A stretch of 64,000 nt of DNA. Origin: an uncultured virus (IMG/VR IMGVR_UViG_3300023179_000081) (lineage: Duplodnaviria; Heunggongvirae; Uroviricota; Caudoviricetes). Below are positions 39,231 through 49,558 of this stretch, in pieces. The stretch lies in IMG/VR virus record IMGVR_UViG_3300023179_000081; one strand, given 5' to 3'. The notes beneath the pieces are model-generated. The model did no database searches, was not told the origin of the DNA, and saw only the letters and a list, made by a program, of their open reading frames with translations. Both the position numbers and the translations under genes were made by a program. How positions within the stretch are numbered: position 1 is the first letter of the stretch; the number at the start of each line of letters is the position of its first letter.

Positions 39231-39773
39231 CTACAATTTTTTTGACCTTTCCTTCCAAATTTGCAAATCAAGCTCAGCAGTGCTAACATTTCTTTTCTTT
39301 GCTTCAAGAAGAAACAATTGCTCGATTTCTTTATATCTTTTTCCTGCCGGGGTTGATTTTGGGATATCATTATACCCAAGCGATTTAAGCCACGCAAGGA
39401 TATGTGTATCAAGAATTGCATAATTTTGATTCGGTCTAGAATGGGTGATGAAAAATCTTGATGTCTTTTGCCCAATACCTGGTATTGCTTCTAGTTGCTC
39501 TGCTGTGCAATTTTCAAGATCAATGCACACAATCTGCTTGAAGATTGTATATAATCGATTGTATTGTCCTAGCTTTGATTCCTTTAAACGTTGCATTAAA
39601 TCAATCCGCTCGATTTTTTCAAATGGAGCACCTTCACCTATATCCAAAAACCACTCTAATTTTCTGGACTGCTGGTGAGCTGATTTTCCAGCTACCACTG
39701 CACAAAAAAGAGCAAACTCTTGTAGTTCTGCAATTGTGCGGTTAAAATTTGTGACCTGGTTTGGATCAATCAT
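39231..39773 (-). CDS. helix-hairpin-helix DNA glycosylase (Ogg/HhH-GPD-like)
   Basis: LEAIPGIGQKTSRFF (HhH with Lys), AILDTHIL, Y.EIE..F, DLQIW; start corrected. Confidence 0.8.
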   Translation of the reverse strand: MIDPNQVTNFNRTIAELQEFALFCAVVAGKSAHQQSRKLEWFLDIGEGAPFEKIERIDLMQRLKESKLGQYNRLYTIFKQIVCIDLENCTAEQLEAIPGIGQKTSRFFITHSRPNQNYAILDTHILAWLKSLGYNDIPKSTPAGKRYKEIEQLFLLEAKKRNVSTAELDLQIWKERSKKL

Positions 39774-39811
39774 GTGCTTATTATACCCTGCGTTTGTGAG
39801 TGTTGGAAAAT

Positions 39812-40432
39812 TCATCCGAAATCTTCTATTCCTGCTTCGTGCATTTCTTTTTCAGTTAGATCGGGTATTGTGCTTAGCACTTCATACAAGTGATAATGTT
39901 TTGGTTGAAAGCTACTGCCGCAGAAAGTTTGATACACACGTTTTGCATTGAAGCATCGCACTGCATGTTGGTGGGTTCCACTGTCAATCATCTTTGTTTC
40001 CCAATTTGCCATACCAACAATATAGAAACCTCCTGGAAAAACATGAACACCAGATTGATAGCGCATAACCTTATGTGCTAAATTAGATTTTGCATACAGA
40101 ATCCAATCTCTTTGCTGGTTATTAATCTTAATGCCGGATTTTTCTAGCCAAATCAAATAATCTTCCACGGTATCAAAAGATTCTGGCACATCTATAATTA
40201 CAGCACCATTTAATTTTGCCACAGGTATGTGTTCAAGGCGATATTCATTTTCTGTAAATCCAAACGAAACATAATGTTGGTCAACAGGATATTTAGAATC
40301 AAGCCATCTATAGTCAGAAGGTTGAAAGTGAATCAGAGACCAGTTTCCTTGATGAAAGTAGCCACTGCCATAAAAAGCATCAGGGTGCACCGCAATTTTG
40401 TTTTTGTACATTCCTGCGAAGATGGACGTCAT
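39812..40432 (-). CDS. hypothetical cassette protein
   Basis: Leaderless ATG; stop abuts the next element. Confidence 0.7.
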   Translation of the reverse strand: MTSIFAGMYKNKIAVHPDAFYGSGYFHQGNWSLIHFQPSDYRWLDSKYPVDQHYVSFGFTENEYRLEHIPVAKLNGAVIIDVPESFDTVEDYLIWLEKSGIKINNQQRDWILYAKSNLAHKVMRYQSGVHVFPGGFYIVGMANWETKMIDSGTHQHAVRCFNAKRVYQTFCGSSFQPKHYHLYEVLSTIPDLTEKEMHEAGIEDFG

Positions 40433-40471
40433 GTCGTTATTATACCCTCAGATTGTGAGTGTTGGAAAATT

Positions 40472-40557
40472 TGGTGCCCCCACTCGGACTCGAACCGAGA
40501 CGCCTTTCGGCAGCAGTTTTTAAGACTACCATGTACTGCCAGTTTCATCACAGGGGC
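40472..40557 (-). tRNA. tRNA-Leu (anticodon TAA), CCA encoded
   Basis: GCCCCTG acceptor stem; anticodon arm GTAGT-CTTAAAA-ACTGC; long variable arm GCC-GAAA-GGC; GGTTCGAGTCC T-loop; ACCA 3' end. Confidence 0.92.
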
Positions 40558-40595
40558 AAAATCTGAAAAGGGGTGTCACCACCCCCTAACAATTG

Positions 40596-40847
40596 TTAGT
40601 TTAGTTCGATATCTCCGTGTGCGATCCAAACGCTCACATCCGTATCACCGTCCACTACACGATACACCGTGTATTTGTATCCTTTTTCACCATCGCCATA
40701 GTACTCGTTATCATAGACGTTAATGTCGAAATCGTCATCGCCGATCCAAGTGTCGTCTGAGTTATCCTCGATTTGCGCGAGTAGACCATTAATGTGTTCG
40801 ATGGTGATTGCCGATTCTTCTTCGTGAGTGATGTTCTTTGCTTTCAT
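40596..40847 (-). CDS. acidic hypothetical protein (paralogue of 41321..41602)
   Basis: MKAKNITHEEES vs MHARNITHHKES. Confidence 0.7.
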   Translation of the reverse strand: MKAKNITHEEESAITIEHINGLLAQIEDNSDDTWIGDDDFDINVYDNEYYGDGEKGYKYTVYRVVDGDTDVSVWIAHGDIELN

Positions 40848-40901
40848 CGTGCTTATTATACCTTCAGATTGTGAGTGTGAGAAAATCGCGCGGGTTTTCT
40901 T

Positions 40902-41312
40902 CTAGCATGAATCCTTGCCGTATTCTTTGCGCCATTTTTCATAACCCTCGAATTGAAGAATATCAACCGGAAGAGTTCCGTCTGGTCCAGACGCATGCAA
41001 GTCAACCCAGTTACGAATCGAATAATTTCGAATTGGGTGTTTTACTCCGTTAATCTCTTTGTACACCGTTGTTACATCACCAACCCAATGGTATTCTTCA
41101 ATTGCAGCAATTAAATTTTTGGAAAGTTGCTCTACAATGAGAAATTCAAAAAGGGCACCAAAATACCGATCATTAGTGACGCTAAAACCATCGTCATAAT
41201 CTGGAAGCATCTTGGCTTCTTCAGTCAGTTCCCTAATTCGCGCAACAACTCTCTCAGATAGTTGGTTTGCGCCGCAAATCTTAGGCTCGATTTCTTTCTT
41301 TTTACGTGGCAT
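40902..41312 (-). CDS. hypothetical cassette protein
   Basis: Leaderless ATG. Confidence 0.65.
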   Translation of the reverse strand: MPRKKKEIEPKICGANQLSERVVARIRELTEEAKMLPDYDDGFSVTNDRYFGALFEFLIVEQLSKNLIAAIEEYHWVGDVTTVYKEINGVKHPIRNYSIRNWVDLHASGPDGTLPVDILQFEGYEKWRKEYGKDSC

Positions 41313-41320
41313 CGTGCTTA

Positions 41321-41602
41321 TTATACCTTTAGATTGTGAGTGTTAGAAAATCTCAAGGTGTACAGATCAATGTCACCAGTTGCGATTTGCTCTCCCGACT
41401 GATATACAATATATTTGCAACCTTGAGTATTGGCTTCAAATTTACTGCTGTCATAAGCATTTAAGTCATATCCGTTATCAGCGTAAATCCAAACGTTACT
41501 TTCCTCAATGAGTTCTTTTGTTCGAATTTGCGCAAGTAGACTATCAACGTACTGAATAGTGACGAACGACTCCTTGTGGTGAGTGATGTTTCGTGCATGC
41601 AT
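41321..41602 (-). CDS. hypothetical protein (paralogue of 40596)
   Basis: Leaderless ATG; ends in the next element. Confidence 0.7.
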   Translation of the reverse strand: MHARNITHHKESFVTIQYVDSLLAQIRTKELIEESNVWIYADNGYDLNAYDSSKFEANTQGCKYIVYQSGEQIATGDIDLYTLRFSNTHNLKV

Positions 41603-41648
41603 CGTGCTTATTATACCTCGATTTCCTGAGTGTGAGAAACGATCATGG

Positions 41649-41885
41649 TCAGATCCATTCTACTGCCTTTGGCTTAGGTTGAGGTGCCCAAAAAAGATCA
41701 ATGTGATTCAAGTCACTGGTCATCTTCCTCCAATCCATATAGTTTTCATACCCACTGTTAATGCCGTACTCATATAGATGGCCATTTATAATCTTGCAGC
41801 GCGGGTGCCAATCTCCAAACCATGACACCATGAATTCTTCACCAGAATCCGGCGCGGTTTCCATTGTCTGCCAGTTTACTTCCAT
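41649..41885 (-). CDS. hypothetical protein (WQ..ETAP..G family)
   Basis: Start corrected (MEVNWQTMETAPDSG). Confidence 0.7.
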   Translation of the reverse strand: MEVNWQTMETAPDSGEEFMVSWFGDWHPRCKIINGHLYEYGINSGYENYMDWRKMTSDLNHIDLFWAPQPKPKAVEWI

Positions 41886-42484
41886 GTGCTTATTATACCG
41901 ATTCCCCTTGAGTGTTGGAAAATTGTTAGCAACGTTCCGCCAGTGTGATCGTAATACCAAATCTTGAGTGAAGTTTCATTATTCACATACCCAGGAATAT
42001 CTGAAATGCTACACATTGTCATCAAAAATGAATTGATTTCATAACCACTTACACTATTTCCTTTGGCATTCAAATCAGCAACATATTTCAAAATCCGCGA
42101 GGACATAACCCTCTGATCACATCGACCTTCGACAAATCTCTCTCCATTGATCCAGCCGGTGCTCCAGCCGTTCTGGTCTGTCACAATCGTGCAATTTAAG
42201 AACCCTGATTTAGGTTCTTCTTCGTGCTCAACCACAGATTCAACAAAAACATTGCTTTTGTCATACTCGTATTCACCATAGCGCGTGATTTCATCATCTT
42301 GTTGTTCATCATCGACGGCCTTAATGTCAGTTCCAAATTCTTTGAAATAGCCGTCTTTGGATCTAACCTCGAAAATACGAATTGCTTCTTCTAGAGTTTC
42401 AGCGGCGATTTCGCATTTAAAATCGCCGCGATAGGTACGCCTTCGTTCCTGCTCATATGGGATGGTTAATTTGAATGTTTTCAT
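41876..42484 (-). CDS. hypothetical protein (N-terminus paralogous to 43721..43960)
   Basis: FKLTIPY..CEIAAETLEEA vs FKFQVPY..CEIEADSKEEA; reads through the next element. Confidence 0.65.
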   Translation of the reverse strand: MKTFKLTIPYEQERRRTYRGDFKCEIAAETLEEAIRIFEVRSKDGYFKEFGTDIKAVDDEQQDDEITRYGEYEYDKSNVFVESVVEHEEEPKSGFLNCTIVTDQNGWSTGWINGERFVEGRCDQRVMSSRILKYVADLNAKGNSVSGYEINSFLMTMCSISDIPGYVNNETSLKIWYYDHTGGTLLTIFQHSRGIGIISTWK

Positions 42485-42676
42485 TTTTTGTACCTTAGGT
42501 CAACAGTTTGAATAGCATGGTGAACACCCAAGTCCAAAATGCTAGAGTGACTACAAGAAGGATCACGTTGAATAAAAGGTCCCACAATGCTTTTTGCATG
42601 CGTCTCTTTTCTGCGTCTTTTCTCCAGCCGTTTAGTTCGTCTTCCATGCGCTTATTATACCCTCAGATCGTGAGTG

Positions 42677-43114
42677 TTAGACAATATCGCTGAGATCGCC
42701 ATTAACATACGAAAATTGCAAGTGCAAGTACGGCCAATAGTCTGTGTTGGGACTAAAGTGATTCGTGTACATTCTCTTGTAGTCGCCATATCTTTCGTGA
42801 GTTTCACCAAACCACAACGAAGTAAAAGTTGCACAAACATCAGAAAGAACATCTTTTGCAGTTTCAAAAAGAACCGGCGTGCCGTCGTAGTCAATATAGA
42901 AAATATAGAAATGATTTCCTTTCAGAAGGTGAGCCGCCGTGGAAGCCGCTAAATTTGCAAACTCAATAGTAACTCCAGCGGAGTAGATGTAAGCCTCATA
43001 TTCCACGCCGTCGTGTACTAAAACGATTCTTAGCGGCTTTGCTAGGAAAATTTCGTGAATATCGTACAAACCTTTATTCACAATCGTGGTTGAATCAGTC
43101 TTTTGGTTTTCCAT
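42677..43114 (-). CDS. hypothetical cassette protein
   Basis: Leaderless ATG. Confidence 0.65.
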   Translation of the reverse strand: MENQKTDSTTIVNKGLYDIHEIFLAKPLRIVLVHDGVEYEAYIYSAGVTIEFANLAASTAAHLLKGNHFYIFYIDYDGTPVLFETAKDVLSDVCATFTSLWFGETHERYGDYKRMYTNHFSPNTDYWPYLHLQFSYVNGDLSDIV

Positions 43115-43121
43115 GTGCTTA

Positions 43122-43427
43122 TTATACCCTCAGATCGTGAGTGTCGGAAATTCGCGCTTCAGAGAGTTTAATGATCATGTCTGAGTGGCTAATATCCACA
43201 AGAAAAGGATTCAGGTCAAAGACATTGTGATCATCTTCAAGATCACTACCCCAATGACCATCCAGGAATTTTTTGAAATGGTCAAAATTCGCGCGATTAT
43301 CAAACGCAACATTAAAGTACAAATCCCCGAAAATCTCTTGCTCGTGTATCTCGAAACCCTTCCAGGTATCAAACACACACGAAACAAGGCTATTCAAATG
43401 AAATTCGTCTAACTTCAGCGGTCTCAT
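43122..43427 (-). CDS. hypothetical cassette protein
   Basis: Start corrected; ends in the next element. Confidence 0.6.
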   Translation of the reverse strand: MRPLKLDEFHLNSLVSCVFDTWKGFEIHEQEIFGDLYFNVAFDNRANFDHFKKFLDGHWGSDLEDDHNVFDLNPFLVDISHSDMIIKLSEARISDTHDLRV

Positions 43428-43720
43428 ATCCTTATTATACCCCGTCACTCTGAGCATGAGAAAATCGCGCGTTTTTCATCCTAGAGAAGACGCTCGAAAG
43501 CGAACAGATAGCATTCTCGTGCATCACGCCCAATTGACCGCTCATCAACAATTTCACGATTCAAATGTACACGCATCCGCTTGAGCGTATAACATCAAAA
43601 AACACAATTGTGTCTCCTTCTTGAACAAGTTCACCAGACTTTAGCCAGCGATATCCATCCGTCGGTGGAATCTCAGCAGTGTAATCAGGTCGATGTGTCA
43701 TGATTTTAATTTTGTCTTAA

Positions 43721-43960
43721 TCATTCCCATTTAATATCCTCTTCATCGAAAACCTTGTCAGCAGCTTCGTCAACATCTAATTCCTCTTCCGACGCAACAA
43801 TTCGTCGGCCATCAACTAAACAATTATCACAATAGCTATTTTCTCGAAAAATCTGTAAAGCTTCTTCCTTAGAATCAGCCTCGATTTCGCAATCAATAAC
43901 GCCATGAACGATGATGATCTGCCTTTGATTATAGGGAACTTGAAATTTGAATGTTGCCAT
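43721..43960 (-). CDS. hypothetical cassette protein
   Basis: Start corrected (MATFKF). Confidence 0.65.
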   Translation of the reverse strand: MATFKFQVPYNQRQIIIVHGVIDCEIEADSKEEALQIFRENSYCDNCLVDGRRIVASEEELDVDEAADKVFDEEDIKWE

Positions 43961-43967
43961 GCGCTTA

Positions 43968-44336
43968 TTATACCTCGATTTCCTGAGTGTTGGAAACTCT
44001 AGGTCTCTTGAACTTGAACCAACCCCAGTCGCCAACCTGAGTGCCTTGATAGTAAGCCGAAATATCAGACCAATCATCAGTACCGAGTTCCGCCCACTGG
44101 TCACCAGGTTGTAACGGGCCGCTTACCAATTGATCAAACTTAACAGCCGTGTCTGTCTCAGAATTTGGCTTCCAGCCCGTCAATTCAATCAGTGCTTCCC
44201 AGTGATCACGATGGATTCCAGACTTAAACGTAAAGTCATATGCATCTTCATAGGTCCTTTCAGTGGCTTCACGACAGTCCAGAAGAGCCTTGACGTGCTC
44301 CACTAACATTTTATGGGTGATGGTTTGATTACTCAT
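43968..44336 (-). CDS. hypothetical cassette protein
   Basis: Leaderless ATG; ends in the next element. Confidence 0.65.
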   Translation of the reverse strand: MSNQTITHKMLVEHVKALLDCREATERTYEDAYDFTFKSGIHRDHWEALIELTGWKPNSETDTAVKFDQLVSGPLQPGDQWAELGTDDWSDISAYYQGTQVGDWGWFKFKRPRVSNTQEIEV

Positions 44337-44390
44337 GTGCTTATTATACCTTCAGATTGTGAGTGTGAGAAAATCGCGCGTTATTAACCC

Positions 44391-44849
44391 TTATTTGAAC
44401 TCCGGATATTCATCGTCATGGGTAACAATAATTTCAGGTGACAAACCTTCGAAAAAATGTGTGACACGAACTCGGACATAATCAACCGCTTCCTCAACAG
44501 TTTCGAAAAAATCGTACATGTTCAAACCACATTGAATAGATGCTTGATATTGTCCACCACCATCCGCAATCCAGGCAACACATTTTTCCCCGATCTTATA
44601 CGAGAAGACTGTTTTGTCTTTTTCTGATTGCTCCCATTTTGCAAGTAAAACAATCTTTCCACCGTTATCTTCAGCCTTGAGGTACTTAATGGCAGTGAAG
44701 CCAGGCTCAGCAGCCTCATCATAAGCAATACTTGCCTGAATTTCACAGTTTTCGTCTTCTAACCACGGGTCTTCGCAGACGTATAGTTTTTCGGGGACAG
44801 AGACGTAAATAACGTCTGGCATCTTGGCGTTTAGTTCGGTTTGACTCAT
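44391..44849 (-). CDS. hypothetical cassette protein
   Basis: Leaderless ATG. Confidence 0.65.
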   Translation of the reverse strand: MSQTELNAKMPDVIYVSVPEKLYVCEDPWLEDENCEIQASIAYDEAAEPGFTAIKYLKAEDNGGKIVLLAKWEQSEKDKTVFSYKIGEKCVAWIADGGGQYQASIQCGLNMYDFFETVEEAVDYVRVRVTHFFEGLSPEIIVTHDDEYPEFK

Positions 44850-44856
44850 GTCCTTA

Positions 44857-45216
44857 TTATACCTTCAGATCGTGAGGGTGAGAAACAGTGCCGCTACGCA
44901 CAATTTTTGCTCGATTCTCAATATCTACCAAACATTGTGCGGCTTCAGCAAAATTGTTGCCCATAACAGAGTAACCAAATTGTTTTCCAAGCCCGCGCAA
45001 ATCGCGATCCAACGGCCCACTTTCCTTGAAGAACGGAATAAACAACGGGATGCCCCTTTGCAATCCTACAGCACAAGTTTCCCAACTACCCGCCTTTGCC
45101 AAGTCGTTGCCGGTAAATCCGCCATAACGTTCAGCCTCAATAATTGCCTTTCCCCAAACACGACGGTTAAGCTTCGCTTCTTTAAGAATAGATTCTGCGG
45201 TTCTGGTTGTGTTCAT
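44857..45216 (-). CDS. hypothetical protein (paralogue of 26048)
   Basis: Leaderless ATG; ends in the next element. Confidence 0.7.
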   Translation of the reverse strand: MNTTRTAESILKEAKLNRRVWGKAIIEAERYGGFTGNDLAKAGSWETCAVGLQRGIPLFIPFFKESGPLDRDLRGLGKQFGYSVMGNNFAEAAQCLVDIENRAKIVRSGTVSHPHDLKV

Positions 45217-45258
45217 GTGCTTATTATACCTTCAGATCGTGAGGGTGAGAAACCGTGT

Positions 45259-45684
45259 CTAATCTTCCCCAAGATGGTTTACTGCGTAATCCTCGATTTC
45301 ATTTAATCGCTCTTCTTCTGCATTTGTCAACGGATTACAGCGAACCATAGCCAACAATTCTTCAATTAAATCACACGATTTGAGGATTTTGTCCTTCAAT
45401 TCTTCTTGCCAGCAAAAAACTTTATAATTCTCTAGATCGCTGGCAAGAGTGCCATTTTCAAGATCAATTTCGGTCATATCAAGCTCTCTCTGCCAAGCCT
45501 TCAGTTCTGCTTCAAAAATCGCATAGTATTTAGTATCAAAAGTCGGCCAGTTTTCCAGGCGTGAGCGAGAATATTCTAAAGCTGCAACAACTTTCTCATA
45601 GTACCTTTGTGTGGTCATTTCTTCCATGGTCATTTCCATGGTCATTTCTTCAAAGGTCAGTTTTCGTAAGGATTTATTGTCCAT
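45259..45684 (-). CDS. hypothetical cassette protein
   Basis: Leaderless ATG. Confidence 0.65.
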   Translation of the reverse strand: MDNKSLRKLTFEEMTMEMTMEEMTTQRYYEKVVAALEYSRSRLENWPTFDTKYYAIFEAELKAWQRELDMTEIDLENGTLASDLENYKVFCWQEELKDKILKSCDLIEELLAMVRCNPLTNAEEERLNEIEDYAVNHLGED

Positions 45685-45764
45685 GTGCTTATTATACCCA
45701 ATGGTTCTGAGGGTGAGAAAAAACGCTTTGTTTCGAAAATCTTACAATTGTGTATAAGTAATAA

Positions 45765-45995
45765 ATGGAACCAATTAACCCAGTAGGTAAAGTTACAGAA
45801 GAAGCATCATTCGTGGATAATTTTCTTAAAAAGCTCGCACAAGAACAAATAATCGAAACTTCGCCAGTGAGAACAGAAGAATACAGCATGCCTGTTACAG
45901 AAATCGCGGGCGGGACTGCGCTAGGTGAAGGTAATTTTATTCGGCCTAGCGACAGCGCGCGGGCTTTTCAGAAGGTCATCAGTAATTTAGAATAA
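45765..45995 (+). CDS. lone plus-strand hypothetical protein with LKKLAQ motif
   Basis: ATG preceded by GTATAAGTAATAA; divergent from element 45689. Confidence 0.55.
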   Translation: MEPINPVGKVTEEASFVDNFLKKLAQEQIIETSPVRTEEYSMPVTEIAGGTALGEGNFIRPSDSARAFQKVISNLE

Positions 45996-45999
45996 TTAT

Positions 46000-46335
46000 T
46001 GCGTTTGTGTCGCTATTGTTTTCGTTGTGCGATTGTGTTTGTTGCGCTGCTGTTTTCGTTACGATATTGTTTTTGTTGCGCTGCTGTTCAGATTGTGAGA
46101 TTGTGTTTGTGAGGTTTGTGCAGCAGCGACGATCAAAAAACACAATCTGAATAGTGCCACAAACAATCTGAATAGTGCCACAAACAATCTGAATAGTGCC
46201 ACAAACAATCTGAATATATCTGAACAACTATAAATTCACAAAAAACACAATCTGAATAACAATCTAAATAGTGCCACAAACAATCTGAATAACACTGAAT
46301 TCATCCCATACACAATCTGAAATCACAATCTATAT
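46000..46335. repeat. inverted GATTGTG/CACAATC array including a 21-bp tandem repeat
   Basis: acaatctgaatagtgccacaa occurs three times plus partial copies (46142-46330), preceded by gattgtg copies (46030-46110). Confidence 0.85.
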
Positions 46336-47165
46336 AACGTTGAATCAAGCCGAAACCATGACCTGAGCCGTGACGAATATCCTCGCTCCAGATGCCATTC
46401 ATTCTAGCCATTATATCACACAACACAAATATAAAACCGCTCCACTTTTATCCACAAAAACCCACTTTTCTCCACTATTTTCCACTTAAAACAAGTTCAA
46501 ATTACCAAATCACCATTAACCGATCACCATTCTGCACTCCCCACACTCTCCCCGTTTTCCGCACCTGTATTATCCCATAAGACCCCAAATATAACCCACA
46601 AAAATAATCTAAAAATAATATGAAAAATGTTGAAAATATTCCACGAAAATGAAGGACTGGCAGGTGGTCATTTTTAATAAACAACTGTAGGAAAAAAGTA
46701 ATTACGGTAATGAGGGGTAAAGCAACAAAACAGCTAATCCCCTCAAGAAAGTTTATACACTAACTCTCAATTACCCACTTTCTCCTCCCTTTCATAGAGT
46801 GAGATAGTGCAAGAAAACAACGTTTTGAACCTGAGACCATCTTCCTGCCCTTCCAGAATAACAATGCGCAACTTCATCACTACCACGGAGTTCTGCACTT
46901 CCAATAGATGACTATATGATATTTTTTTGTATACAAAAAAACCGCCGTCAAGATCGCTGGAAGCCAAGCGCATTATGAACAGAAAAGCATGGAAAGTGGC
47001 ATGTATCAGATCGTGTTTTCATGGCGGCGTCCAGCATCATCCTGGTGAAATAAAAGTGTTCTATTCCCTGTTAAAAGCTAAGCATTTCTTGCAAAAGGCT
47101 CCCGAAGGATATTTCGAATTAGTGTCTTCGCCCAGGAAACCCCAGAAGAAACCTCATGAGAAACC

Positions 47166-47876
47166 TCATGATGCTTGATCGTCTGCTACGTGGTCATGCT
47201 CTAATTCAAACAGAATACAATTCACAATGGCGATTGCACACGAAAGACTAGGAAGTTGAAAAGTTGTCACTTCTGTAAAAATCTCCAAATTGTTCTGTGT
47301 GATTCGTAGCGACAATGGGGCGTCAACATTCACTGCTCCCTTATCCACTGCAAACCTAATTTGAAACTTATGTCCTTTATCAGAAATAAACTCTAGGTCT
47401 ACATCATCTACAACATACCATCCACCAAGATTAAGTGTGTCGCAGAAAGAGGTTCTATTGATATCACGAATGATCTCATACTGCATACGCTCTGCAATAC
47501 GTTTTGCTGATGCCACAGACTTTGCAGTAAAATATCCCCATGCATTATCCACTGACTTATAAGCAAGAGTAGTGTATGGGTTTTGATGTGCTTCTGGTCC
47601 CCAAATTGAAAATTCAACACCCTGAGAAGTGCAAGATTGGTAAGTGTCTCCCTTGCGCACCCAATTGGACCAATCTTGTCCTTTGGACCATTTTGGCTTT
47701 GGTTTGAATTTCTTGAATTTACTCTCGATATATTCAAAGATATCTGAGAAGAATTGCGCTGGTGTTTTCTTTGGCTTTAGTTTGTTTAGATCGTAGTCTG
47801 CCATGTTACTTTTTACACCTTTAGGCTTTGTAAGCAATGACCTTTCGAAGATGTTGTAGGGCTTCGATCTCGTCAA
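47166..47876 (-). CDS. hypothetical protein (true start probably MADYDL)
   Basis: 236-aa ORF; the annotated start overlaps the upstream gene. Confidence 0.6.
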   Translation of the reverse strand: MTRSKPYNIFERSLLTKPKGVKSNMADYDLNKLKPKKTPAQFFSDIFEYIESKFKKFKPKPKWSKGQDWSNWVRKGDTYQSCTSQGVEFSIWGPEAHQNPYTTLAYKSVDNAWGYFTAKSVASAKRIAERMQYEIIRDINRTSFCDTLNLGGWYVVDDVDLEFISDKGHKFQIRFAVDKGAVNVDAPLSLRITQNNLEIFTEVTTFQLPSLSCAIAIVNCILFELEHDHVADDQAS

Positions 47877-48024
47877 GTTGTGTCTTTAGTGCGTTGCGCT
47901 CTCGTTCTCGCTCACCTGCGATGCGTAGGCTCGCCCAGTCGCCGCTTTTGGTAAGTCTATCAATCTCTAGTTCTAGATCTGCGATACTTGCTTTAGCTGC
48001 GCTGATTAGTTCGGTGTTGTTCAT
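47821..48024 (-). CDS. small coiled-coil protein
   Basis: Leaderless ATG after element 48030. Confidence 0.65.
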   Translation of the reverse strand: MNNTELISAAKASIADLELEIDRLTKSGDWASLRIAGERERERNALKTQLDEIEALQHLRKVIAYKA

Positions 48025-48123
48025 TACTCTTATTATACCTTGGGTTTGTGAGGGTTGGAAAACGTTTTCTGTGGGTATTTCTGTATGTATTTCTGTATGG
48101 GGAAAACCGGGCGAATTTACGGG

Positions 48124-48762
48124 TTAGGCCGTAATCAAGGCGTGTAGAGTTCCGCAGGGGTCCAGTAGTTCCCAATCCAATGTAAAAAACCTATCTGGTA
48201 ATACGTGCTTCACATTGTTGATGATTCTCAAAGCACTGCATGATTGTAATACAATATTGTAATTAGGATTGGTAACATAATTAAGATAATCCAATGCGTA
48301 GCGCCTAAGCCTGTTATTAGATTTACAACTGCCATAATAAAGCTTTGCAACTGAATAATTTTGGCGATCTGTAATCATAGCAAGCCAATCATCGCCAATT
48401 CCATCTTTATCTGCAATAGGTTGATATTGTTTTAACAACTCCCATACAAAATCAATCACAATCTTTGATCGCTTCTCTTCCTTTGCTTCATCACGACCAG
48501 TACCAGCGGCAAGCGGAAGAAGGTTTTTCCATTGTTCAGAGTTTCGCATTTCTGAAGAAATCTCATCTTGAACGGCGATAATCCAACTTCCGATTACATC
48601 ACTCATGCAATCGGGAATTTCGTCGGTTAGTTTATTGTAAAGAGAGAGATTAATTGCGGCAACGGAACAGGCTGATGCTTCAGTTCCTAAGCCGTATGCT
48701 AGTGTGTGGTCTTTAAGAAAGCTTGTGATCTTTTCTTCTTGTTCTTGGGTGATGGTGCTCAT
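48124..48762 (-). CDS. hypothetical protein (paralogue of the split gene 57943..58572)
   Basis: ACSVAAINL...PDCMSDVIG...LLPLAAGTGR. Confidence 0.75.
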   Translation of the reverse strand: MSTITQEQEEKITSFLKDHTLAYGLGTEASACSVAAINLSLYNKLTDEIPDCMSDVIGSWIIAVQDEISSEMRNSEQWKNLLPLAAGTGRDEAKEEKRSKIVIDFVWELLKQYQPIADKDGIGDDWLAMITDRQNYSVAKLYYGSCKSNNRLRRYALDYLNYVTNPNYNIVLQSCSALRIINNVKHVLPDRFFTLDWELLDPCGTLHALITA

Positions 48763-48985
48763 GTTCTTATTATACCTTGTGTTTTTGAGAGTGAGAAAAT
48801 CGGGCCAGATTATAGGCCTTCAGAGTGTTGAGTGTGAGTCATGGTGCTCTGAGTTTTCGATGGTCGATGATCAGAAGCTTCTACTATCAGCCAAGTTTGC
48901 ATAAGAATGTACCAAACAGTGAGAATACACATGAACCAGCAAAAAAAGCGATTAGTGTTCCTCTCTTCCGTATTTCCTGAATATT

Positions 48986-49324
48986 TCATGATTGTTCTCC
49001 CGGTAGGCTCTGAATTGCTTTATCGAATGCTTCCAGCACCATTTTTTGCGTGGTGCGTTCGTCGTCGTTAAACCTCACTATACTTTCCCACGAGCCAGGG
49101 AGATTAGCAACCAACGTGGACGATGCACCTTCGTGGCAATATAAAGATTTAGACGCTCGCACCATTGCCCCTATGGCGCAAAATTGACAAGCGTATCGTC
49201 CAAACGGGGAAACTCGAAGTCCGCGTTTTCCACGTGCTGGCGTCCTTTGCGTCCAACCGTTGGCAATTAAATGGCGAGCTTCTGTGAGAACTTCGATGAG
49301 TTGTTTGCGGGGAATGGTGTTCAT
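48986..49324 (-). CDS. DUF6197-like protein (GWTQ..C..GA..FND family)
   Basis: Start corrected; motif shared by five genes in the window. Confidence 0.65.
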   Translation of the reverse strand: MNTIPRKQLIEVLTEARHLIANGWTQRTPARGKRGLRVSPFGRYACQFCAIGAMVRASKSLYCHEGASSTLVANLPGSWESIVRFNDDERTTQKMVLEAFDKAIQSLPGEQS

Positions 49325-49558
49325 GTGATTATTATATCTTGGGTTGGTGAGGGTTGGAAAACTTCTTTGGGTGTAGCGTTGCTTGGTTTTCCAGATCACC
49401 TGCGTTCATGCAATCTTCTATGTATTTACGCATATATTCTTTATGCGCTTTATTGATGTTGACTCCAGATAGTTTGATGATTCTACCTGTAAGTTTAAGA
49501 CTTCGCTCTTCGTACATGTTATTGTTTTTGCAGATTCTGTAGGGAAGTATCGCGCGGA

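Noticed and set aside
40472..40557. tRNA as an ochre suppressor explaining the in-frame TAA codons
   Set aside because: Anticodon TAA reads TTA (Leu); a suppressor would need anticodon TTA.
43480..43702. Possible programmed frameshift in a small ORF at a T6 tract
   Set aside because: Two short overlapping frames are visible, but there is no paralogue or stimulatory structure to support it; decay is equally likely.
45979..46227. ORF with IQIVCGT repeats
   Set aside because: Most simply an open frame through the 21-bp tandem repeat.
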